Shown: piece after piece, positions 17,891 to 26,053 of the stretch | Numbering within the stretch: position 1 is the stretch's first letter | Layout of the letters: each line of letters opens with the position of its first letter | Source of the DNA: Deltaproteobacteria bacterium | GTDB taxonomy: Bacteria > Myxococcota_A > Polyangia > Fen-1088 | DNA length: 64,000 nucleotides | Assembly: GCA_033763315.1 (NCBI GenBank) | Contig: JANRKS010000007.1 | Span: 224,001 to 288,000 of the forward strand | Direction of reading: 5' to 3' | Translations under genes and position numbers: made by a program | The notes under the pieces: generated by a model | What the model saw: only the letters and a program-made list of their open reading frames with translations | Told to the model about the DNA's origin: nothing | Databases searched by the model: none

Positions 17891-19011
17891 ACCGCGCGCA
17901 TAGGCGCGCCCGGAACAAAGGACAACAAGCGCTCCGCCGCGTGCGCCCACGTCCACGCGTGGTGCACCCACACAGGCGAGGCGGTAGACAACCTCTTCTG
18001 CAAGTCGTTGGAAAGCATCAGGCGTTCCATGCTTTCGGCCATCGCTTCACTACACACGCGAGCGCCATCCGAGGCCGCCCGAAGAACCACGTCGGCATGC
18101 GCGAAGTCGTCGCTGGGGCCGCCCTCGCTGCAAATCACGGGTGTGCCGCAGCCCATCGCCTCAAGCGTCGGGCGCCCAAACGACGAGCCATGCCCCGCAA
18201 GGTATGTGTCGCTCGCTTGATATAAGCCTGCCATCTCAACCAACGAAACGGCTTCACCCATATAGCTGATGCGATCAATGACGTTGTGCAGATCGGCTGC
18301 GGTGAGCAACGCCAATGCCCCCGCCAAGGCTCGGGGCCCTTCGTGGAGACGATCAACGCTTTTAAGAACAAGGCGTGCATCGCTGTGCCGACGTGCCACG
18401 CGTGCAAACGCCGTCACCAACTGCGCTAGGCCTGTATGGGCCGCCATCGTTCCCACGTGCAAGAAGGTGAACCCGTCGAAGCCGAAACGCTTGCGCCAAA
18501 AGTCGCGCATCGGCGTGGAAGCTGGCGCGAAGACTTTTGGATCCACACCGAACGGCAACGTCACCACGTGATTTTCGGCGACGCCCGCGTTGAGCAGGTG
18601 GTTGCGCACCCAGTGCGAGGGAGCCCACAAGGAGATGCCCCGTTTGGTCAGTGCCAAAGCCGAGCGGAAGGTGCCAAGCTGCGCTGCCAGATTCTTGGCG
18701 CGCAGGGTGGGGGCCAAAACCAACGCGGGCGCCGACACGCGCTCGAACGCTTCATCCCCCCAGCCCGTGCGCACAACCATATCGGGTGGGTGCGCGGACG
18801 ACGGCACCATCAATTGGCGCAGTTGCTGCTCGCGAAGCGGGGCGTGGATGCCGCCCGCCATCAGCTCGGAGGCGCCAAGCCACGGCAAGTCCTTATGAAA
18901 GAGGCGCACGGCCGGGCGCCCCACCAACCCCAACGCCAACCCCTGGCCGGCAAGGCCTCTGCCATGTGGAATGAAACGCCAACCTTCGAAGAGGATGTTA
19001 AGGGTGCTCAC
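17887..19011 (-). CDS. Glycosyltransferase family 4
   Basis: FGVDPKVF, FLHVG, SFGRPTLEAMGCGTPVI (GT-B Ex7E region). Confidence 0.88.
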   Translation of the reverse strand: MSTLNILFEGWRFIPHGRGLAGQGLALGLVGRPAVRLFHKDLPWLGASELMAGGIHAPLREQQLRQLMVPSSAHPPDMVVRTGWGDEAFERVSAPALVLAPTLRAKNLAAQLGTFRSALALTKRGISLWAPSHWVRNHLLNAGVAENHVVTLPFGVDPKVFAPASTPMRDFWRKRFGFDGFTFLHVGTMAAHTGLAQLVTAFARVARRHSDARLVLKSVDRLHEGPRALAGALALLTAADLHNVIDRISYMGEAVSLVEMAGLYQASDTYLAGHGSSFGRPTLEAMGCGTPVICSEGGPSDDFAHADVVLRAASDGARVCSEAMAESMERLMLSNDLQKRLSTASPVWVHHAWTWAHAAERLLSFVPGAPMRAV

Positions 19012-19255
19012 GTGCTTGATCGGCCTTCGTCGCGAAGACGATGATCGATAAGACGGAATAAAATGCCGGGCGCTACCGTGCTACGGCAAGCCGTAGAGCT
19101 CCGACGACGTTTCGCCGTATTTGGCTTTCACCACGCCCTCGGTGGTCTTGGGCGTCATACCCTTGGCGCGCCTCGTTCATCACATTCGTCAACAGGAAAC
19201 GCATCAGGCGATTGCGCCCTGTTGGATCTCACAGGGCACACCCCCGCAGAGCGCC

Positions 19256-20281
19256 TCAAAGCTCAGCGCCACGTAAATTCAACAGCCGCAGACAACTGGC
19301 GCGAAAGGCGCCTTCGGCCGTGTGCGCGTCGAGGACCGTGCACGAGGCACCGCGCAACCTGGCCAGCCTCGCAAACACCTCGCACAAAGACTCGCGCCCC
19401 ACCACAAACACAGGCACCGGTTCTTTCGGTAGCAGATGAGGTAGATCCGCACCGAACGCCGCGCCCCACATATACGAGTAACGGTGTTCGGGCCGCGTGG
19501 TGGCGGTGACCGCGAGCAGCCGAATTTCATAAAGGGCCCGTGCCAAACCACGCTCACGCGCCGCTTGCGCGCCGGCCTGCACCCACGCGTGATCCAGCGC
19601 GTCGGGTGGTGGATGCGGCAACGATTCAGCCAAGATCGTGCTGCCGGAGACGGCCGCCAGCAACTCGCCCGTCAGTGAACTGCGGCTGGCCACCAAAGCG
19701 GCGTGAGCATTCACGTCCAAGCGCTTCCAATGCGAGCCCAAGCTGATCACGGTGCCACCTTGGTTCATCAAGCCTTGTGAGTGGAGCCCCAAGCACAACA
19801 GTTCCTCGCCACGCACCAGATCGGCGTGTGCCATATCTGAGGCCGCGTCTTCCGCGCGCAGAACATCGCTGGGAGGGTGCATGAATTTGACGCCCGGCAC
19901 GAACAGCAGCGGCAGCGCACACACGGCCGGCATACGTTCCACGCGGCTCGCGGCGGCCAGGTCTTCGATTGTGGCGGGGCCCAGCACGTGCGGCACCATG
20001 AACATGCCCGTGGGGCTGGTGATCATGCCTCCCGCCACAACCACCTTGGGCACAAAGCCAAGGCTTGCACAGCGCGCGCTCACGTCGGCCACCATCAGCG
20101 CCACAGCGTCTGCGACACGCCCAGGATCGCCCACCCCATCGCGTGCGCCAACATGCGCGCGAGTCTCTGCCACAACGTGGCCCGAGGGTTGCGTGGCCCA
20201 CAAACGCGAATTGGTGGTGCCACCATCGAGAATCAACGCCACTTCATTGGCGCCTAAAGGGTTGTTTTGCACGTTCACCAC
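19256..20281 (-). CDS. dgoK: 2-dehydro-3-deoxygalactonokinase
   Basis: LDGGTTNSR, GMITS..G...VPH, DLVRGEE, GSHWK, LTGELL. Confidence 0.85.
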   Translation of the reverse strand: MVNVQNNPLGANEVALILDGGTTNSRLWATQPSGHVVAETRAHVGARDGVGDPGRVADAVALMVADVSARCASLGFVPKVVVAGGMITSPTGMFMVPHVLGPATIEDLAAASRVERMPAVCALPLLFVPGVKFMHPPSDVLRAEDAASDMAHADLVRGEELLCLGLHSQGLMNQGGTVISLGSHWKRLDVNAHAALVASRSSLTGELLAAVSGSTILAESLPHPPPDALDHAWVQAGAQAARERGLARALYEIRLLAVTATTRPEHRYSYMWGAAFGADLPHLLPKEPVPVFVVGRESLCEVFARLARLRGASCTVLDAHTAEGAFRASCLRLLNLRGAEL

Positions 20282-22660
20282 TTAGGGCTTCGACAAAAAC
20301 TTCGCCAGGATGGTCTTCACACCCTCCGTGGCAAAGCGCATCGTGACCTTAACGTCGCCGCCAGCTGACTGCCAGCCGCGCACTTCACCCACGCCAAACT
20401 TCGGATGCCGCAACTTCGCGCCAATGCGCAAACCAAGGTCGGATGACAAATCGTCATAGTGAACGGTGAGCTCGCCGCCTTCGGATTTAGGCGGCGTGAG
20501 ACGCCGTGGCGGTGGCACGGCGTTCGGCCCTTGCGACCACGCGGGCTGCGCGGGCACGTCCATTTGGTTGTCGACCCAAGAAGATGGTGAACGCTGCTCG
20601 CCGCGGTTCCAACGGCCTTGCCAAGGGCCTTGGCCTTCCGTATTCGTGGCGTAATAGGTGGGCCGCGGTTGCACCAAGTTTTCGATGCAGTCGGCCGGCA
20701 AATCACGCAAGAAGCGGCTGGGAATGCCACCCAGCGTTTGCCCCGCCAAGCGACGCCGGCGCACGCGCGAGACAAACAAATATTTCATCGCGCGCGTGAC
20801 AGCCACATAACAAAGCCGGCGCTCTTCCTCCAACTCTGAATCATCGTCGATGCTGCGCTGGTGAGGAAACACGCCCTCTTCGAGGCCCGTCACAAACACT
20901 TGCGGAAACTCCAGCCCCTTGGCCGTGTGCACGGTCATCATGGAGATCGCGCCCGATTCAGGATCGATGCTATCCGCGTCAGCCACCAAAGCCACGCGTT
21001 CAAGAAATTCAGCCAACGACGGCGATTCTGTTTCCGCCTCGTACTCGCGGATCTGCGCCACGAGTTCCATCAAGTTTTCCAAGCGGCCTTCAGATTCAAG
21101 CGATGCGTCTTGCGCCAATGAATCGCGGTAACCCGACACGTCCAATACTTGCTCGGCAAGATCGGCGGGCCCCAGGCCCTCTTGCACCTTTTCACGCAGG
21201 CCCAGCATCATCTGGTAAAACGCCTCAAGCTTTTTGCGCGGGCCGCTGCCCAACACGTCGGGCGCCGCAACAGCCATGGCCAGCGCATTCCACAGCGTGG
21301 CGCCCTGTTGCTGCGCCAGCTGTTCGCACTTTTCTACGGTGTTGTCGCCAATGCCACGCGCCGGCGTGTTGATGATGCGTGCGAGGCCAATCGAATCGTC
21401 GGGGTTCATCAGCACGCGCAGATATGAAAGCAAATCTTTGATTTCAGCGCGATCGTAAAACCGGGTGCCACCCACAACCACGTACGGCAGATCCAACACA
21501 CGCAGGGCCTCTTCAATCACGCGCGATTGGCCATTCGTGCGGTAAAAGATTGCGAAGTCTTTGGGAGAGGCGCCGTTGCGAATGGCCGAGGAAATGCGCG
21601 AGGCCACAAATTCGGCTTCGTCGCGCTCGGTTTCGCCTTCAAACACGATGATGGGATCGCCACAAGGCTGCGACGTAAACAGGCGTTTCGATCGACGCTC
21701 GGTGTTGCGCGCGATGATGGCATTGGCGGCCTTGAGCACATTGCCGCTAGAACGATAGTTCTCTTCCAGCTTCACCGTGCCGGCGCCCGCGTGGTCGCGT
21801 TCGAAATCCAAGATGTTGCGGATGTCGGCCCCACGCCAACGGTAGATAGATTGATCTTCGTCGCCCACCACCGTGAGGCTATCGGTGGCGCGCGAAAGGT
21901 AACGCACCAACCTGTATTGCACGTTGTTGGTGTCTTGAAATTCATCCACCAGCACGTGATCAAAGCGGTGTATCAACTCATCACCCGCTGGCGTTCCCGG
22001 TGTGCACAGACGCAACGCTTTGATGAGCAACCCACCAAAATCAACGGCGTTGGCCGCTTTAAGCCGCCCTTCGTAAGCACGGTAAGCCTTCGCGATCACA
22101 TCCTCGAAGAAATCGCCTGGTTCAAATTTATCGGCATCAATGCCGTTGTTCTTCTGTTTGTCGATCGCGCCCAGCACCTGGCGCACGGGAAACTGCTTTT
22201 CAGGCACGTTGAGATCCGTGAGCACCCGTTGCATCAAGCGGCGCTGATCGTCGGTGTCATAGATTACGAAATCTTTTTTGAGGCCAATGGCTTCGCCATA
22301 TTGCCGGAGCAAGCGTGCCGACAAACCATGGAACGTACCCAGCCACAACCGGCGCACAAGGCCCTGCCCGCCGCCCATCAGCTTCGACACGCGCTCGCGC
22401 AACTCGCCCGCCGCCTTGTTGGTGAAGGTGACCACAAACATGCGGTGCGGATCGGCGCCCTCGCTCAACAGGCGCGCCAAACGATACGTGATCACGCGTG
22501 TCTTGCCCGACCCGGCCCCGGCCACCACAAGCAACGGAGCGGCCGGATACATCACGGCCTCAAGCTGGGGGCCGTTAAGCGTTTTGGACAACACCTCACG
22601 CGAAAACCTTCCCGCGCTTGGGGGCGCGGCGCGCGGCGCGAATAGATCTAAGGTCTCCAC
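20282..22660 (-). CDS. uvrD: UvrD/PcrA DNA helicase II
   Basis: AGAGSGKT, TFTNKAA, VDEFQDTN, VGDEDQSIYRWRGA, LEENYRS, HTAKGLEF, EERRLCYVAVTRA, plus a C-terminal Tudor-like HPKFGVG domain. Confidence 0.93.
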   Translation of the reverse strand: METLDLFAPRAAPPSAGRFSREVLSKTLNGPQLEAVMYPAAPLLVVAGAGSGKTRVITYRLARLLSEGADPHRMFVVTFTNKAAGELRERVSKLMGGGQGLVRRLWLGTFHGLSARLLRQYGEAIGLKKDFVIYDTDDQRRLMQRVLTDLNVPEKQFPVRQVLGAIDKQKNNGIDADKFEPGDFFEDVIAKAYRAYEGRLKAANAVDFGGLLIKALRLCTPGTPAGDELIHRFDHVLVDEFQDTNNVQYRLVRYLSRATDSLTVVGDEDQSIYRWRGADIRNILDFERDHAGAGTVKLEENYRSSGNVLKAANAIIARNTERRSKRLFTSQPCGDPIIVFEGETERDEAEFVASRISSAIRNGASPKDFAIFYRTNGQSRVIEEALRVLDLPYVVVGGTRFYDRAEIKDLLSYLRVLMNPDDSIGLARIINTPARGIGDNTVEKCEQLAQQQGATLWNALAMAVAAPDVLGSGPRKKLEAFYQMMLGLREKVQEGLGPADLAEQVLDVSGYRDSLAQDASLESEGRLENLMELVAQIREYEAETESPSLAEFLERVALVADADSIDPESGAISMMTVHTAKGLEFPQVFVTGLEEGVFPHQRSIDDDSELEEERRLCYVAVTRAMKYLFVSRVRRRRLAGQTLGGIPSRFLRDLPADCIENLVQPRPTYYATNTEGQGPWQGRWNRGEQRSPSSWVDNQMDVPAQPAWSQGPNAVPPPRRLTPPKSEGGELTVHYDDLSSDLGLRIGAKLRHPKFGVGEVRGWQSAGGDVKVTMRFATEGVKTILAKFLSKP

Positions 22661-22714
22661 GCCGCATTTATGTCAAAGCGCGCGGCGGGATTCCATAGGT
22701 TACTGACAAATCGT

Positions 22715-25700
22715 TCAGTGGGCGGCCGCGTCGGCCATCGGGGCCTCCGCACGACGCACAACGAGGGTCTGTAGGGACTGCACTTCGTTGGTTTCTCGGG
22801 CAAAGACCTGGATTAGGTTGCTGCCTGGCCACAGGGGCACGTCAGCCGAGAAGTTCACCTTCTTGGGATCCGATTCGTTGCGCAAATAGAACACCTTGCG
22901 CGCGGGCATTTTGGCGTCGCGGTTCCACACCGAGATGAACACGTCGCGCACTTGCTTGTCGTCCTTGGCTTCGCCTTTGACGGTGACCGAAGCGCTGTTG
23001 ACCGTCGTGGGCGCCGACACCGCCAAAATCGGCGGCGTGACCTGCCACACAGGTTCGTACTTTGGCGTGACGGTGCCGCCGGATTGCAGATCGCTCGTGC
23101 TCACGAAGGCCGGGTGGCCTTCTTCGAGCACCACGCGGGTGAAGCTGCCCAAACGCCCGGAGACAGCGAACGAGGCGCCCTTGGGCGCTTGCCCCACAAC
23201 CAGCGAGCCTTCGACCGGAGACTCCCGCAGCATGGCCACGGTTTTCGCGACGGTGGCTGTGCCGGTGGCGGTCTCGGTGGGGCGGCCCTCCGCGGCGACG
23301 TGCACAACAATTTTGTCGGTCACAGACTCACCTAGCACGCGATCCACAACCGAAAGCTCAATGCTGTAGTCTTTGCCCTGAAACTCGGGGCCCACCTCAT
23401 ACGAGAACGACACGGGCCACTCTTTGCCGGGTCCGAGATCTTTGCCCTCAAAGCGCCCCTTGGAGATCAAGATGCCGTTCTGGCCGGGGCCATTGCGAAT
23501 GATCGCCTGAGGCCGCATCGCCGTGCCCGCACCAATGTTCTTCACTTTGACCAACATGCGCAGCTTCTCGCCGATCTGCACGCGGCCGTCTTGGTTGGCG
23601 CCCTCGCCATCGTCGATCGTTTGGTAATTGTACGCAAACAAAGGCCGCGCGCGGCCCACGATGTCCAACGCCAGCTTGCCGGCCTCGGCTTCGACAGCGC
23701 CCTGGGCAGACACTTCCGCGCGAAGGTAATCAGCGCGCGTGGCCATGCTCTTCGGCACCCGCACATTCAAGTCGTATGACTTGCTCTGGCCGGGCTCGAT
23801 CTTCCCAAACACCATCTCGTTCTCGTCGAACAATGTGTCTTCGCTTTTGAGCACAGCACGCACGCGGTACGCCGTGGTTTTGCCCAGATTCTTCACAGTG
23901 CCGCGCAATTTCACGCGATCGCCCGCGTTCACTTTGGGCTTGCCATCCGCCACTTCCAATGTGGCCGCCAAACGGGCCAACGGCTGGCTGCCGCTGCCGG
24001 CACTCCAATCAACACCCAGCTTCGACAACGCTTCGGCCACTTTGGCGTCTTGCTCGGCGCGCACCTGCTCCAAAAACGCCTTCGATTCCTTCACCAGCTG
24101 TGTACGACGTGAGCTCTTCGCTTGCGCCAAGAAATCACGAGCGAACTCAATCGAGAAGTCGACGTTGAGCTTTTCGTACTGCGCGTAGTCTTCATCGTCT
24201 TCCATCGTGGCTTCGTCATCAATGGCTTCTTCTTCCTCTTCAGTGGCGGCCTTGTCCATCTCGGCTTGCTTGGCCGCGGTGAGGTTGGGCTCGTAGAGGA
24301 AGGACACGCGCTCCATCGGTTGTTCGGCTTTGGTGGCTGTGGGGTTATCCAGGTGCCACTCGTAATCCGATTCTTGGCGGCGGTGAGCCGAGGGCTGCAA
24401 CATAATGCGCGATTCATCGCCCGTCTTTTGCACGTACAAACGATCGAGCTCGATGTCGGGGGTCACGCCCACGCCTTGAATCGAGATATCGCCCGCCGTC
24501 AGATACTGCGCCGTTGTGAGCTTGAGGCCCAACTTATCGTCGCCGCTCTTGTTGCCGAGTTTCACCGGTGAGTTCACGTCGAACAACATCTGCACGGAGC
24601 CTTTGCCGAACGTGGTGTCGCCGATGACCACGCCACGATCGAGGTGCTTCATCGCGCCCGCCACAATCTCAGACGCCGAAGCAGACGATTGATTCACCAG
24701 CACGGCGACCGGCGCTTTGACGTCGCCACCACGCGAGGCATGCTCATCGCGGCGTTGCGTGCCACCCACGCCCACCATCGACACCACAACGCCGGATTCG
24801 ATGAAGGCGTCTGCCACCTTTTGCGCTTGATCGTAAAGGCCACCGGGGTTCCAGCGCAGATCCATGATAATGCCTTTGACCTTCTCCTTCTCGAACATCT
24901 CAAGCGCCTTGGCCAAATCAGCGTCGGTGTTGGCGGTGAAACTTTGAATGCGCACATAGCCCACCTTGCCGCCCGGTTGGCCATTCTTCGCAGGCGCGTT
25001 CAACACTTGCGCCGGCGGATCGATCGACGGCGGCCGAATGGCGTCGCGCACGATTGTGAACTTCTTCGGCGTTTTGGCCCCATCGCGCACGATGTACACA
25101 TCAACAGGCGAGCCAACGTCACCGCGCAGGCGTTCAACCGCATCGGTGAGCGCCATGTTCACCGTGGATTCGTCGTTGATGCGCACAATCTGGTCTTTGG
25201 CCTTAAGGCCCGCACGCATGGCAGGTGTGTTGGGCATGGGCTTGCGCACAACCACGCGGCTCTTCTTGTCCATGCCTATGACGATGCCCAAGCCACCAAA
25301 CTTACCTTGCGTGGTCATACGCATGTCTTTAAAGCTTTCAACGTCCAGCAGCACCGAGTGCGGATCCAGCGTGTAGAGCATGCCGTTGGTGGCGGCCGAT
25401 TCGATTTCCACCAGGCGTCGCCCCTCTTCACTGGGTGCCACGGGGTGCAAGTTGGGCTGAATGAACTTGAAGATCTCTTGCAGTTTGCTGCGCAGGCTCC
25501 AAGGCGCGTCCACGCCATCAAGTGAGAACGCCTTCTCCTTGCCGTTGACGCGCACCTTGACCGTTTTCGGATCCCGTTCGGGACCGCGATCGATCAAGAT
25601 CTCGGGCACATCCCGTTGCAAAAAGTCGAGCGCGCCCACCAGCATGCGCTTCGGGTTCAGCCGGTTCTTATCGAAGTAGCTTTCGCGCACGTGGAACAAG

Positions 25701-25876
25701 CTGCGCGTGAAGATCGGCAACTGCGACAGGTCGTAAGCCGCCTGGGGCGCGGTGACGGCCGCTCGCAACGGTGCGTTCGCGCCCACCGTGAGCTCGTCGC
25801 CCCTGTTGTAAACGGAAATAACGAGGGCAAGCGCACACGCCCCCACAAACACAAACAGCTTTCGGAAGCGACGCAT
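22715..25876 (-). CDS. S41 carboxy-terminal protease, myxobacterial MXAN_5808-like family
   Basis: LDPHS, GGLGI (PDZ), DLRWNPGG, SASASEIVAG, GKGSVQ, GVTPDI, long C-terminal Ig/SH3-like extension. SD GGAG precedes ATG 25876. Confidence 0.9.
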   Translation of the reverse strand: MRRFRKLFVFVGACALALVISVYNRGDELTVGANAPLRAAVTAPQAAYDLSQLPIFTRSLFHVRESYFDKNRLNPKRMLVGALDFLQRDVPEILIDRGPERDPKTVKVRVNGKEKAFSLDGVDAPWSLRSKLQEIFKFIQPNLHPVAPSEEGRRLVEIESAATNGMLYTLDPHSVLLDVESFKDMRMTTQGKFGGLGIVIGMDKKSRVVVRKPMPNTPAMRAGLKAKDQIVRINDESTVNMALTDAVERLRGDVGSPVDVYIVRDGAKTPKKFTIVRDAIRPPSIDPPAQVLNAPAKNGQPGGKVGYVRIQSFTANTDADLAKALEMFEKEKVKGIIMDLRWNPGGLYDQAQKVADAFIESGVVVSMVGVGGTQRRDEHASRGGDVKAPVAVLVNQSSASASEIVAGAMKHLDRGVVIGDTTFGKGSVQMLFDVNSPVKLGNKSGDDKLGLKLTTAQYLTAGDISIQGVGVTPDIELDRLYVQKTGDESRIMLQPSAHRRQESDYEWHLDNPTATKAEQPMERVSFLYEPNLTAAKQAEMDKAATEEEEEAIDDEATMEDDEDYAQYEKLNVDFSIEFARDFLAQAKSSRRTQLVKESKAFLEQVRAEQDAKVAEALSKLGVDWSAGSGSQPLARLAATLEVADGKPKVNAGDRVKLRGTVKNLGKTTAYRVRAVLKSEDTLFDENEMVFGKIEPGQSKSYDLNVRVPKSMATRADYLRAEVSAQGAVEAEAGKLALDIVGRARPLFAYNYQTIDDGEGANQDGRVQIGEKLRMLVKVKNIGAGTAMRPQAIIRNGPGQNGILISKGRFEGKDLGPGKEWPVSFSYEVGPEFQGKDYSIELSVVDRVLGESVTDKIVVHVAAEGRPTETATGTATVAKTVAMLRESPVEGSLVVGQAPKGASFAVSGRLGSFTRVVLEEGHPAFVSTSDLQSGGTVTPKYEPVWQVTPPILAVSAPTTVNSASVTVKGEAKDDKQVRDVFISVWNRDAKMPARKVFYLRNESDPKKVNFSADVPLWPGSNLIQVFARETNEVQSLQTLVVRRAEAPMADAAAH

Positions 25877-26053
25877 GAATGACTCCGGCTTGGGCGTTTG
25901 CGACGGATCGTCTGCCAAGTCCATATGGTTACGAATCATAGCCCCGGGCGGACAACTCCGCACCGTTTGGGTTTGCAGTATTTAGGCACCCGGCAACTTT
26001 GCGGGTGTGGAAGGTGGCTTGAGACCCCACCTTGGGTGTCAAATAGGGAACTC

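Noticed and set aside
21527-22645. Long antisense ORFs (372 aa here; also 24644-25525, 26627-27559, 41031-41882, 42604-43335)
   Set aside because: They lie opposite well-supported genes, have no motifs, and are expected shadow ORFs in GC-rich DNA.
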